A DNA stretch of 64,000 nucleotides from the NCBI GenBank assembly GCA_963785305.1, contig CAWAUV010000009.1, forward strand, positions 352,001 through 416,000, read 5' to 3'. Made by a program: the position numbers and the translations under genes. The notes beneath the pieces were generated by a model that was not told where the DNA came from, ran no database searches, and was given only the letters and a program-made list of their open reading frames with translations. The DNA comes from an uncultured Planctomycetaceae bacterium. GTDB lineage: Bacteria; Planctomycetota; Planctomycetia; Pirellulales; PALSA-1355. Every line of letters begins with the position of its first letter. Position 1 is the stretch's first letter. Positions 1-14,467 of this stretch are shown here, piece by piece.

Positions 1-724
1 GCACCTCGGGCAGCTATTGCGGTCGCGTGCATTGGTTCCTCAACTCAGTCGTCGGGCGCCGAGACTCGCCCGCGAACGTCGCCGCGGTCGTGAGCGCCCC
101 GAGTTCGAATCCGCCGGGAAGCACCGCTCGGGCCGGGCAATCGATCGCGGCGCTCCGAGCGCTCACGGCGTCGATGGCGCCGAATCAACAGGAAAGTTTT
201 GCGACCGTGGAGCGCGATCCCTTCCTAGCGACTCGCGCCGCGGGCGACGTCGCGAAGTTCGACACCCCAGCGAGCGCACGAATTCAGCGCCGGTTGATCC
301 GATTGCCTACGAAGGGCCAAAGCCGGCGCCGCTCGATGCCTCGAAATGGCGCCCGATTGCAATCGCGGACAGTCTCGCTCAAGAATCCCACGCGAAGACG
401 GATTTCGCGCCGCCGCCGGCGTCGGTGGCCGAGCGGCTTGCAAATGCGAGCGCGGGGACCAACGAAGAATTGCCGGTTGTCGGGCGAGCAAACGAAAAAC
501 CCTATGCGGCGCTGAGTGATTTCGACTCGAAGAAACGCGCTGACTCCACCAGCGAATCGCTCGAGTTGAACATGACTCCCTGGCAGCAGGTTCGGGCGTT
601 TCTGGCTGTCGTGGGCCTCGTGGGGTTCGTGCTCTGGCTGGCCCGCGCTTTGACGCGCGAACATGGCTCCGCGGCGGTGAGCGACCTGCCCTCGCAGGCA
701 GCGGATCGTCGCCGGGCATCTTAG
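1..724 (+). CDS. Hypothetical membrane protein, C-terminal part (5' end outside window or frameshifted)
   Basis: ORF 17..724 ends in a hydrophobic helix (AFLAVVGLVGFVLWLA) with a basic tail; the 5' part probably lies in another frame. Confidence 0.45.
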   Translation, partial: HLGQLLRSRALVPQLSRRAPRLARERRRGRERPEFESAGKHRSGRAIDRGAPSAHGVDGAESTGKFCDRGARSLPSDSRRGRRREVRHPSERTNSAPVDPIAYEGPKPAPLDASKWRPIAIADSLAQESHAKTDFAPPPASVAERLANASAGTNEELPVVGRANEKPYAALSDFDSKKRADSTSESLELNMTPWQQVRAFLAVVGLVGFVLWLARALTREHGSAAVSDLPSQAADRRRAS

Positions 725-907
725 CGGCCAGAACTTTGAAGTTTCCACCCGAAAGTACTACAACCTGCAAGACGCACGAATTTGTCTATAGTGCCGATGG
801 CGGCGCTAGCAAGTCATTGCTATCGGTACCGCAAGAGGTATTTTTCGGTCATTTTCGTGCCACCGATGGGTGGAAACTTCAAAGTTCTGATCTTAGCGGC
901 CTGCCGT

Positions 908-1012
908 ACAACTCCCCCTATCCCCATTGGGGAGAGGGTCGGGTGAGCCAGTCCGACAACTCCCCCTCTCCCATTGGGAGAGGGTAGGGTGAGGGAGCGT
1001 GAGGGCTCGCCG
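908..1012. repeat. Tandem pair of REP-like palindromic elements (CCCTCTCCC-nnn-GGGAGAGGG hairpin family)
   Basis: ACAACTCCCCCT(A/C)TCCC..ATTGGG..GAGAGGGT.GGGTGAG occurs at about 908-947 and 956-995; an inverted copy lies at 25821-25880. Confidence 0.8.
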
Positions 1013-1298
1013 AAGTTCCAACGATCGTCGCCTTTACCCGCGCTAAGTCACGGCGCGCGTTCGAGTTTTGCCAGCCGCGCCGTCTTGGGCCGCATGTCTA
1101 GCGGCCGCGCCTTGGTCACTTGCGCAAACTATTCCGGCTCATTCTAGGGCGCCTGGGCAAGATGAATCGCTCCTGCGGGTCTTGTCGAATTTTTCTCCTT
1201 TCCGGCGCCGAACCGTTAAGTGTGGAACATTCGTTGTTTCCGGAACGTTCGTTAGGACCCATTCCATCCGCAAAATCCGAACCCGCAAGGATTGAAGC

Positions 1299-2882
1299 AT
1301 GGCAAGGCACTTTGGCAAGCGTTGGCGATTACTCGCCGCGCTGGGGATGTCGTTGATTGGCGTGGGCGCCTCGCTGGCGGCCGAAAGCATTCCCGAAGGT
1401 TCGATCTCGGCCGACACCAACCCAGGCAGTTCGTCGCTCGAAATCACCACTCGCTCATTTCGCGCTCGGCCGCTCGTGGCGACCCAGGCCCGGCCGGCCG
1501 CGACGGCTTCGAGCAATCAGCCCAACTTACTTCCCGCGAGGAGCGGCGCGGAGGCTGGCGCGAATTCGCCCCTCCAGCTTTCGCAAGGAAGCAATGCAAC
1601 ATCACGGGCATCGTTCGCGGAGCCCTCGAACAACGAGGAGCCCGCCACCGAAGCGGTGACGATCACCGATGACGGTTCAACCCTGGCCGGCTACTTTAAA
1701 CCGCTGCCCGAAAACGCCGTGAAGCTCGATGGCAGTGGTGGCGGCGGCTGCGGCCCTTGCGGCTCGGGCTCCGGCTCGAACTGCGGTTGCTGCTGCGTGT
1801 GCGGTCCGCCGGGGCGATTCTGGATTCGCGATGAATACCTTGGGTTCTGGGGCAAAAGCGATCACTTGCCCGCGCTCGTCAACACCGGCGTCATTCCCGG
1901 CGCCCCGTCGACGATTACGCTCTTCGGCGATCAAAACGTGAACGGCGGCTATCGCTCGGGCAACTGGATTCAGGCCGGCGCTTGGCTCGATTCATGCAAG
2001 TCGATCGGCATCCAGGGCGACTACTTGGCGCTGGGCCGCGCGTCGACCGGCTTCTATGATTCCTCGTCCGGCAATCCGGTTCTGACCCGTCCGTTTACCA
2101 ACGCGATCACGGGCGCGCCTGGCGCCGAGTTGATTTCCTATCCCGGATTGCTCAGCGGCAATGTCTCCGTGAGCGACTACAACAGCTTCAACGCCGCCGG
2201 CCTGGCTGGAGTGCGGGAATTGATTTGTTCGCAGTGCTGCTCGCCGTGCGACAATCCCTGCTTTCAGAATTGCTTCCGCTTGGATGGAATCGCTGGGTTT
2301 CGTTACTACCAATACAACGATAATCTGAATATCACCGAAAACCTCACCACCACGTCGGCGGGCTCGGGAGTTCCGACCGGAACGAATCTTCGCATCAGCG
2401 ACACGTTTCGCACGGTCAACAATTTCTATGGCCTCGAGCTCGGCTTGCGAGCGCAGCGCTGGCACAACCGCTGGTTGTTCGAAGGCTCGTCGCTCGTGGC
2501 CTTGGGCGACAATAGTCGACTCGTCTATATCAACGGCACGACCAATGTCACCTATCCCGGCCTGCCGACCGTGCATAACTCCGGCGGCCTCTTGGCCCTG
2601 GGTAGCAACATGGGCACATATCGCTCGCAGAACTTCATGGCAATCCCGCAGTTTTCGGGTCGCGTTGGCTATCGGGTGACGCAGCGGTTGACCCTGCTCG
2701 CTGGCTACACGTTTATCTTCTGGGGAGGAGTGGCCAACGCCGCCAACCAGATCGACACGACCGTGAACCCGAACCTGCTGCCGCCGGCCACGGCCGGTGG
2801 TCCGGCTCGGCCGGCCTATCACTTGGCCGAATCGAACTTCTGGGTACAGGGCTTCACGCTCGGCGGGCAGTTCAACTTCTGA
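1299..2882 (+). CDS. BBP7-family outer-membrane beta-barrel protein (planctomycete type)
   Basis: Signal peptide, Cys/Gly-rich linker, FWIRDEYLGFW motif, amphipathic strands, C-terminal FWVQGFTLGGQFNF ending in Phe. Confidence 0.85.
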   Translation: MARHFGKRWRLLAALGMSLIGVGASLAAESIPEGSISADTNPGSSSLEITTRSFRARPLVATQARPAATASSNQPNLLPARSGAEAGANSPLQLSQGSNATSRASFAEPSNNEEPATEAVTITDDGSTLAGYFKPLPENAVKLDGSGGGGCGPCGSGSGSNCGCCCVCGPPGRFWIRDEYLGFWGKSDHLPALVNTGVIPGAPSTITLFGDQNVNGGYRSGNWIQAGAWLDSCKSIGIQGDYLALGRASTGFYDSSSGNPVLTRPFTNAITGAPGAELISYPGLLSGNVSVSDYNSFNAAGLAGVRELICSQCCSPCDNPCFQNCFRLDGIAGFRYYQYNDNLNITENLTTTSAGSGVPTGTNLRISDTFRTVNNFYGLELGLRAQRWHNRWLFEGSSLVALGDNSRLVYINGTTNVTYPGLPTVHNSGGLLALGSNMGTYRSQNFMAIPQFSGRVGYRVTQRLTLLAGYTFIFWGGVANAANQIDTTVNPNLLPPATAGGPARPAYHLAESNFWVQGFTLGGQFNF

Positions 2883-2977
2883 GCCACGCGCAATACCGCG
2901 CATGACACGAGAAACGCGGCCGCGCCAACCTTGGGCGCCCCGCGTGGGCGACCGTCGAGCGTGTGCGGTTGCCCGGA

Positions 2978-4950
2978 TCAATCGCTCCCGAGGAGCGTCT
3001 TCTTCAGTTCGACCGTCATCCCGCTGGCCGAAGCGGCGGCGCTGGCCGAGGAGCCCGCGCCCGCGGCGGCCGAACCTGTCGTGGTGGTGGCCGAAGAGGA
3101 AGCCGACAAGGAGCTGTTCGAACCGGCGCTGCCCGAGGTCACGGTGGAACCGGCGCTCGTCCCGCCGAGCGAAGCCGCGGTAAGCGGGCTCGACACCAGC
3201 AGTGTCGATGAGATCGGCGGCGTGACGCTCGCGGCCGTTGGCGATGTGGCCGAGGCGGCCGAAACGCCGGCCGACGAACCGGCGCTTGCCGCTCCGCCGC
3301 CCAGCGCGGAATTCGTGGCGAGCGAACTACTCACGCCGCTCGTCGCGGCGCCCGACGCACTGCCCGATGATCCGCTCGACGCGGCCGCCAAGAGCATTAC
3401 CGCTGGCCCGGCTGCCCCGCCGGCCGGGTACACCGCCGTGAGCACGACCGCCGGCAGCGGATACAAGAACGATCGCTTCGAGACATAGGCCGGCGCGAGT
3501 CCCAGTTCACCAAAATTGTTTGAGACCGAAGCGCCATCGGCTGGCAGCACGATGCCCGCGATCACATTGTCGCTGGCAGTTCCATCGGTCACGCCATTGA
3601 GCGTGCCGGCGGTGGTTTTGCCATCGATGAAATTCACAGGCTGCGTCTCGGTCACGGTATAGGCGCCGGGCCTCAGGCCCGTGAAGCTATAGGTTCCCGC
3701 GGCGCTCGTGGTGGTGGTCATGGTGACGCTCGTGCCGAGGTCATTCGTGCCGGTGAGCGTGACGATCACGCCGCCGATCGGCGGATCCGTGGCGGTGATA
3801 ATGCCTGAGTTGTTCTCGTCGACATAGACATTGCCAGAGACCGAAGCAGGCAGCGAAAAATTGGCGAAATTGTGGCCCGCCGAAGTTTGATCCGCCGCGA
3901 CGATCGAACTGATGCTCACGTCGACGCCCGCGACGCCGGGCGAATTGATCACGAAGTTCAGGCTCGTGATGTCCGACCAGGTGAAGGCGCCGGTGGTGTT
4001 GAACCCGGAAAACGCGGCGAACGTGTCGAACGGGGTTGCGTCTTGGGCCAGATTCACGGAATACGTGGCCGTGCCGCCGGCGCTGGTGGCGTTGATCGTG
4101 ACATTGACGGTCGTCGCCGCGCCATTGGCGTTCAGGAAACCAAAGTCAACGCGAATGCCGTTGTTCACGCCGCCCGCCGTAAGGTCGGTGTTGAGGCCGT
4201 GGGCATTCGAGAGTGAATTCGTCGGCACGAAAACATCGGAGGTCGTGCCATCGTATTGCAGCGTGGCCGACGTGCCAGGAAACGAGCTGTCGGCGCCCAG
4301 CGAAAAGGAGCCCGCGCCGATCGAGCCCACGGCCGCGATGCCGCCCACCAAGGGATCGAGCACATTGATGAGCACATTGCGCCCCCGCCAAGCACGGCGC
4401 CGCTCGCCTCGTTGAACACCGACGGGTTCGCGTTGACCGCGTTAATGGTGAATGCCTGCGCCGGCGACGGGCTGGCGAAGTTGTCGATGCCGGTGGTTGT
4501 GCCCGAATAGGCGAGGCCGTTGACGATATCGACCGTGTAATAGCTCGGGCCGCCGGTTTGGGTGGCGCCGGTGGGAACGACTTCTTTCACGAAATAGGTT
4601 CCGTCGGCTAGATTCGTGAACGAATAGGCGCCGGTGCCGGTGGCGGTCACCGCCGAGGCGTCGAGCGTGTCGCCGGCGTCGAGCACTCCATCGGTGTTCG
4701 TATCGCTGTAGAGTTGGATCGTGACTCCGCCCTCGGGCACATTCGTCGGCGCGAAGCCGGCGCCGGTGAGGTCGGCGTATTTAACGCCCGCGATCGAACC
4801 GCCCGCCAGCAGGCGGCGGTCTTCGCAACTTTCGAATGCGAGCGTGCGTCGATAGGTGTTGCGAGGTCGCGCCGCTTTGGGTCGCGCGGCGCGGCCGGAG
4901 TTCGCGAGATCAAAAAATCGAATCCATTCGCGGAGTGAAGATCGGTTCAT
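2978..4950 (-). CDS. Secreted surface protein with LEPRxLL-like motif and two SdrD B-like domains (frameshift near 4385)
   Basis: Starts MNRSSLREW...FESCEDRRLLA (ATG 4950). SdrD-B-type segments GSIAGVKYAD...GAYSFTNLADGTYFVKE and SVSGNVYVDENN...GTYSFTGLRPGAYTVTETQP. Ser/Ala/Gly-rich tail. Joined from ORFs 4165..6204 and 2978..4375. Confidence 0.75.
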
Positions 4951-5365
4951 GGTTCCAACTCCCGCGCCCGAGGGCGCGCTGCATCGCATCGGGGTGATGA
5001 TCGATGGCAACCGTGGAGATTCGCCGAAGCGAATCGGCGTCGGCCACGATAGCCAGTCGGTGTTCCTCGCGCCGCGAGCGCCGGCGCCGCGAATCGGTTG
5101 CGCTCGCGCATTCCTGGCCGGGCCGCGAGAATCACACCCTCGACAATTAATTGGAGGCGCGACGCAAATCAAGCCGCGCGGCCAAAATCGGTCGATTTTC
5201 TCAAGTCGCAAGGCGCCAATCTTGGGCGGTGGAAACCGCGAAACTCGCGCTGAATCGGGAAGGCAGGCGTCGCGAGCGCTTGATGGAAAGATTGCCGAAT
5301 GCATCGCGCACACCGCATGTGCGCGATCGGTCTCGAGCGAGGCTTTGGCGACGCCGATCGGCGGC

Positions 5366-7010
5366 TTATTCGACGGTGGCTTGTTCGGCCAGCGAGCCGC
5401 CAATAGGCTCGCGCCGCGTCGAAGCGCCGGCGAGCTTCCGGAGCGTCGGCCTCCGATGGCTTTAGCTTGCTCGAGCGTTCGTCGAGCCAGTCGATGAAGA
5501 ATTGGGCCGATTTCTTGCTCACGCTCGGCTTGCCTTCGACTTCGACATAATAAGGCCCGCTGGAAGCGAAGCGATACGTGCCCACGGCCTGAGTAATGGC
5601 CCTCACTAGGAACCAACCGCTTTTGTCGAAACTGACTTTCGGCAATCGGCCCTTTTGTTCGACCCATTCGGCCAGGCGGACCATATGCACGACGTTGCCG
5701 TTTTGCACGATTTCGAGGTAATCGACCGGATCGCGGGTCGAGAGCGTGAGCGCGATCTCGAATTCGTGCGTCTCGCCTGGAGGCTGCGCGAACACATGGC
5801 CGGGATATTCGCCTTCGACCAACGGCCGCAGCAGCGGGCCATTGGTCACCACGACGCGGCCGGCCTTGAATCCTCGCCACCATTTCTCGACCGAGAATTC
5901 GTCGTCGAGCTGCACATACATCCGATCGTAACCGGTGGGGTTCGGCATCTGCCCGGAGCCGCTGCCTGCCGAGGGCGGCAGGCGGAGCCCGCAGTTGAGC
6001 AGATGGTAATAAATGGTCTCGCTCCAGCGACCGAGCCCACCCTCGCCGGCATAATGGATCGGATCGCGCGGTCTGCCGCCGGCTTCGTCCATGATTGTGC
6101 TGGTTCGCCCGAAATGGCAGTTGGCCAGTTCCACCGAGTCGATCGCGCCCTCGGCCACGAGCAGCGGCAGGTCCCAACTGAATGCGCGGCCGGCGTCGAG
6201 CCAAGCGTTGGGAGATTGTCTCGCTTTTTCAGCGACACTCCAGACCGGCGCCGTGTCGCTTTCGGTCCATGGCGCGGCGAGGTTGGCCACGATCAGTAAG
6301 TTGCCGCCGCGCGAGTCGACATGGCCATGGCGACCGAAGCAGCGATTGTCGGGCAAAAGAGCCCATGAGCCATCGGGCGAAAGCGTCCAGCCCGATTTTG
6401 CCGCCGAAGCGCCGCCGGACTTCGACGACTTCGACGATTTGCCGATGATCGAGCTCGGTTTGCTCGCTGAACCGCTTGGCGGCTTGGCGCTCGACGCGCC
6501 ATGTCCCGCGGTTGTCTTGGCCGCATCGCCTGGGCCGACCAGTTGCGCCAAGTGCAGGTCTTCGGCTTCGAGAACCAGCGGCATGTCTTTCTCGGGCCGA
6601 TCGACGAACAGATCGCCCGACCACCAGCCTTCTTTTTGCATATCGACCACGCGTTTCAGATCGAGCTTATGCGTGTCTTCAGCAAAGTCGTTGATCGTGA
6701 AATGGCCCACCCGGTTGAGATACTCGGGCCCGCGCTCGAGTTCGAAGTTGTATTCACCCACGGGCAGCGTGAGCGTGATTTCGCCATCGAACACGAAATG
6801 GTCGTGCCAGAACGGCAATTTCGGCGGCTTGTTCGGCAGATTGCGGGCATTTTTCAAGTGCATGCGGCAGGCGATCGGCGCCCCGGTGTCGCGGTCGGTC
6901 ACGACCAGCGTGAGTTGTCCGCCGCGAGCCGCGAACACGTAGCCGGCGAGCAAACCAACTCCGAGGCCCGCCAAGATTCCGAACATCAAAGACGCACGAG
7001 AGCGAATCAT
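5366..7010 (-). CDS. CehA/McbA-like (PHP-type) metallohydrolase-family protein, exported
   Basis: N-terminal hydrophobic segment; motifs GWWSGDL, YYHLLNCG, SAGSGSG..NPTGYDRMYV, GRVVVTNGP. Removing one base near 5395 gives the natural end YWRSLAEQATVE* (TAA 5366-5368). Confidence 0.65.
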
Positions 7011-7352
7011 GTTGCCAGCGGCTCCGCGATCCAAGGCGAAACAAGCCGTGCGCCGCCGCGCCGCATGATTCGACTTTAACATGGACGGAGGCCGCCGCGA
7101 AATGCACGGGACCGCCGGTATTTTGCTGGCGCCGACGGCGCCTACGGGGTCGTCGGAGGCGCGGCCCGCCGGACGACCTCGCGGGCCGCGCTTTTTGGGG
7201 GCAATTTGTGTGCCGGCGGGCGCCGATCAAATACGTAAGGCCCCCTTTGCCGCCACGCGCGGTTCGTGGCCCCAAAGGCTATCGCGCCGCGCCCTTCCCG
7301 TCGTCTGGCTCGCTCAAGTCGCTTTTCGAGATCGCCGTTTCCGGAGTTTGTC

Positions 7353-8542
7353 ATGGAACATTTCGTTCCGATTCGCAAAAACGAACTGGTCGATTTACTT
7401 TGCAATCAATCCGGCCTGGCCGCCGCCGATCGGATGCTGCTGGCCAAGTTCGCGCGGCTGCTCTCCGTCACGCTGGGAGTCGCTTATCATCGGCAACTCG
7501 AAGAGTTGACCCGGCTCTATGCGATGTTCGATCCCGACGCCGACACCGTGCGGCTCGCGACCGGGCCCACGGGGCCACGCCGCGCCGCTCGAACGAGCTC
7601 TTCACGCGCTTCGACAATTTGATGGAGCGGGCCAATTTCGTGCGGCTCAAGCGAGGCGAAGTGCTCGAAGCGCTCTCGGCCCGAAGTTCGCTGGGCCTCG
7701 ATCTCTCGGTCGATCTGGACCTATTCGAGCGGCTCGATATTTACGCGCGCGGCGATGTGATGGCGAATCGACGGAAGCGCGGCTGGCGCGGCCGATGGCG
7801 AGGCGAAACGGTCGACGTGCCCATGTATCAGCGGCTGGCGATCATCTTTCGACTGCGCGAGTCGGCGCGGTTCGGCGCGTCGGCCGACACCGATGACGTG
7901 TATCTCAAACTGTTCAAGGACATTCCCAAGCTCGATCTCGACATGCTCCTGCCCGGCGGCAAGTTTCGCATGACGCGCTTCGACCGCGCCAAGATTCTCT
8001 TGCCGACGCTTTCGGGAGTGGGGCTCGCCGGATGGAAGGTGGCGCAAGGAGCGCTGCTCGTGGCGGCGGCCGGCATGTCGAGCATGACCACGATGCTCGG
8101 CCTGGTGGGCGGCACGCTCGGCTACGGCGCGCGATCGTTTTACGGTTATCTGCGCACCAAGGAAAAGTATCAGCTCAGTTTGACGGAGAGCCTGTACTAT
8201 CAGAATCTCGATAACAACGCCGGAGTGATCTTTCGGCTGTTGCACGAAGCCGAGGAGCAGGAACATCGCGAGGCGATGCTCGCCTACGCGTTTCTTTGGA
8301 GGCACGCTCCATTCACGGGCTGGACCTCCGAACGGCTCGACGCCGCGATCGAAGCATTTCTGGCCGAAGCGATCGGCCGGTCGGTCGATTTCGAAGTGGC
8401 CGACGCGCTCGACAAACTCGTGCGATTGCATCTCGCCGAGCGAAGGCCCAATGGCTGTTACGTGGCGCAGCCGCTCGCGAAGGCGATCGCGCTCCTCGAA
8501 CGGCCGATCGAAGAAGCGGCCAATTTTCGCGACGCCGCCTAA
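7353..8542 (+). CDS. DUF3754 / TMEM143-family protein (frameshift near 7580)
   Basis: MEHFVPIRKNELVDLL start; LKLFKDIPKLDLDMLLPG and LYYQNLDNNAGV...AEEQE motifs; hydrophobic hairpin. Confidence 0.8.
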
Positions 8543-8792
8543 CGGGCCGACTTTTTGATTGGCGCTTCGCGCCGCTTCAAGTTCCGGGATTCGCGAAAAA
8601 CGCCGCGAAACGCGAGTAAATCGCCGCTTTTCGCGATTCTCGAATCGGCTTCACCAAGTCGATGACGATTCACCGAATCGGTGAAACCGCGTGCAATTTC
8701 CGATTCGCACAAGGCTTGCGCCGACGGTCGTCGAAGAAGCCCACCAAAAGAGTGAATCTCGGCCTGTTGACGCGCTCGCCGCATCGCGATGA

Positions 8793-8829
8793 CAAAACCG
8801 CGGTTTTGCTCGGGAAAATCGCGGTTTTC
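8793..8829. promoter_or_regulatory. Two tandem palindromic operator-like sites
   Basis: CAAAACCGCGGTTTTG (perfect palindrome, 8793-8808) and GAAAATCGCGGTTTTC (8814-8829), starting 21 bp apart, upstream of a sigma-54 motif. Confidence 0.5.
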
Positions 8830-8856
8830 GCGGGCTTTCTTTTTTCACTCCCAACA

Positions 8857-8872
8857 TTGGCACGCACCTTGC
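8857..8872 (+). promoter_or_regulatory. Sigma-54 (RpoN) -24/-12 promoter
   Basis: TTGGCACGCACCTTGC matches TGGCACG-N4-TTGC and lies about 70 bp upstream of the PEP-CTERM gene. Confidence 0.8.
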
Positions 8873-8944
8873 CTAAGGGTAGTCCGTCGTCACGAAGACG
8901 AAACTCAATGCAACACACATCTTGGTGAATCGAAAGCAGAACCC

Positions 8945-9694
8945 ATGAAAACGCGACACTACCTCGGATCGAAAAAGACCTTCTCGCGATGGATGTCGGC
9001 CGCCGCGATTCTCGCCTCTTCTGCTTTCGCCGCTTCGGCCTCGGCCGCCACGCCCCCGGCTTTCTCGGGCTCGTTCAACCGAATGTACACCACGAGCACG
9101 ACCGACGGCTCGGGCAACACGACCTACTCGCTCGACTTCCACATGACCGGCTCTGGTTTGCCGATTCAGCTCACGAATCTGCCATCGGGCCTGAGCAGCG
9201 CCGTGACCGAAGACCTCATGGTGACCTATGGATCGTCGGGCATCGCCAATGGATCGGGCGGTCCGGTGACGCTTTCGGAACTCATCATCAACGATGGCTC
9301 GAACCAAGCCACCTACGACATCTCGGGCGCGGTCATGACCCAGTACGGCAACCCGAGCGACAACTCGACTTGGGTCGGCTCGATCACCGGCGGCACGGCC
9401 ACGCTGAACACGAACCCGACCAAGACCACGCCGACCTTCGCCAGCTATCTGTCGTCGATTCCGGTGGCGAAATTCACGCTGAGCTATGTGGGCGCCTACG
9501 ACGCCTCCTCGAGTTCGCCGCCGCTGCTCGCTCCGTCGGGAAGCGCTTCGTACAACGCCGTGGCCGCGGTGCCCGAACCGGCCACCTTCGCCACCGCCAG
9601 CATCGGCGCCGCGATCCTGGGTGGTTATCTCTGGCGCCGACGCCGATCGGTGCTCAAGACGGGCGTCGGACAACTCGCCGCGTTGCCCTGCTGA
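8945..9694 (+). CDS. PEP-CTERM sorting-domain protein
   Basis: Signal peptide (AAAILASSAFAASASA), Ser/Thr/Gly-rich body, VPEP + hydrophobic helix + RRRR. Confidence 0.88.
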   Translation: MKTRHYLGSKKTFSRWMSAAAILASSAFAASASAATPPAFSGSFNRMYTTSTTDGSGNTTYSLDFHMTGSGLPIQLTNLPSGLSSAVTEDLMVTYGSSGIANGSGGPVTLSELIINDGSNQATYDISGAVMTQYGNPSDNSTWVGSITGGTATLNTNPTKTTPTFASYLSSIPVAKFTLSYVGAYDASSSSPPLLAPSGSASYNAVAAVPEPATFATASIGAAILGGYLWRRRRSVLKTGVGQLAALPC

Positions 9695-9766
9695 TTGAAA
9701 CATTCGACACGCTCTTCGCTCCGAATCGACAAATCAACTTCCCTCGAATAAGAAACGACTCCTCCC

Positions 9767-10264
9767 ATGAAAACCGCCGTCAACAGCCTGTCGCTCCGCA
9801 AGCCGCAACAAGGTCGGATCACCCGCTCGACGAAGAACGTGGCCGCCCAGCAGTGCTTGATCGTGTCGGCCGACCCGGCCCGGCAGTCGATGTTCGTGGC
9901 CGCCGCCTGCGACGCGGGCTTCGAGACGCTGCTCGCCGCCGACGCCTCGGCCGCGTTGGCTCTCTTGGGCCGCGAGTTCGTGGCGATGGCGATTGTCGAT
10001 GTCGAAGGTCAACAAGCCGCCGACTTCCATCAACTGTTCGACCGGCTGCGTAAGACCAGCGGTTTGCTCAGCGTGGTGTGCGGCAACGAAGGCAACGAAC
10101 AAGAAGAAGTGTATGTGCGTCAGGCCAGCCCCTGGCTGTATCTGCCGGGCGTGCAGTTGGGCGCCGAGTTCTCGACGCTGTGTCATCAAGGCCGCCAACT
10201 CGCCCAACGTTCGCAAGTGGCCGCCGGTCGTCCGGCTCCGAGCCGCATGCGTCGCAGCGGTTGA
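9767..10264 (+). CDS. Atypical receiver-like (pseudo-response-regulator) protein
   Basis: CLIVSAD...AALALL...MAIVD pattern of a REC fold, but without the acidic pair and conserved Lys (LYLPG). Confidence 0.55.
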   Translation: MKTAVNSLSLRKPQQGRITRSTKNVAAQQCLIVSADPARQSMFVAAACDAGFETLLAADASAALALLGREFVAMAIVDVEGQQAADFHQLFDRLRKTSGLLSVVCGNEGNEQEEVYVRQASPWLYLPGVQLGAEFSTLCHQGRQLAQRSQVAAGRPAPSRMRRSG

Positions 10265-10330
10265 TTCGCACCTGGCTCGACTCCACTTCTCCCCCGGAAC
10301 AAAGCTCCCCACGCTCGAAAGACTCGAATC

Positions 10331-10504
10331 ATGACGATGCTCCACGAACTGTACGAAGCCGAAGACACCTGCGGTGATCGCCGTTTCCAAGGTGGTCGCG
10401 AGAAGCTGGTGTCCCGCAGCCGCAAGTCGGAAAATCGCTCGCGTCGCGGCCCGGTGTCGGTCAACGGCTTGCATCGCCGCGGCAACAAGAAGTTCGGCTG
10501 GTGA
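10331..10504 (+). CDS. Small basic protein, 57 aa (absent from the ORF track)
   Basis: MTMLHELYEAEDTCGDRRFQGGREKLVSRSRKSENRSRRGPVSVNGLHRRGNKKFGW*; GC-rich third positions; co-oriented with the upstream genes. Confidence 0.6.
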   Translation: MTMLHELYEAEDTCGDRRFQGGREKLVSRSRKSENRSRRGPVSVNGLHRRGNKKFGW

Positions 10505-10843
10505 TTCCCGGAAACGGGCGGCCGCTTGGCGCCGTTCGTTCTCGCCCCGTGCTCGTTTTTCTTTCTCCCTGGGCTGCCACTCTCAAGCCCGCTCGCTCCC
10601 AAGGACCTTCGGCTCAGACGAGACTCTCCCGGAGAATGGAAACTCCGGACAACGCGACGCTGTTGCATGCGTCGCCATTCGAGGGAATCCCGTTTTCGAG
10701 GCGAAACCCTTCCTCGCGAGCCGCGTTTTGCAAGCTAGACTTTTACTAGCGATTTCTCCGCAAAACCTTCCAAACGCTCGATGGCGCCGTGTCTGAATTC
10801 GGCGACCGAAGCAGCCGGCCGGCCTCGCGAGTGGTAACGCGCG

Positions 10844-14022
<3,179 letters not shown>

Positions 14023-14096
14023 ACCGCGTCGACCGAGAGAACATCATTCACCCAGAAAGTCGGCCCGAACATTCGGGCGATGGCGACGGAGCGCAT

Positions 14097-14360
14097 ATGG
14101 CGGACTATTCGAAGCATCAGAAAAAGATCATCAAGAACTACTACGACAACCAAGAAGACATTTCGCTGCGGCGGCTCAGCGAGCTCGTCACCGAGTTGTA
14201 TCTGGCCGAAGGCAAGAATCGCGTCAAGCAATGGCAGTATATTGTCTCGGCGCTGGAAAAATTGAAGTTGCCGCAAACCCGCATCGATCATTTGGTCAAG
14301 CAGGACAATCCGGCCCTGCTTGCCAAACTGGTCGAAGAGCTCATGGCCAAGCAGAAGTAA
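14097..14360 (+). CDS. Conserved hypothetical small helical protein
   Basis: MADYSKHQKKIIKNYYDN...LSELVTELYLAEGK; preceded by GGAG. Confidence 0.7.
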   Translation: MADYSKHQKKIIKNYYDNQEDISLRRLSELVTELYLAEGKNRVKQWQYIVSALEKLKLPQTRIDHLVKQDNPALLAKLVEELMAKQK

Positions 14361-14467
14361 AATCGAGCGGCGCTCCCCCGGCCGGCGAATCGACGGCGAT
14401 CTCTCCGTCGTGGCGCCGAACAGGGATCGGGCGCATTGCATTGTTAGCCTCTTGAAAATATCTTGCC

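Noticed and set aside
2931..3488. 185-aa Glu/Ala/Pro-rich plus-strand ORF
   Set aside because: Antisense shadow of the low-complexity tail of the minus-strand SdrD-like gene.
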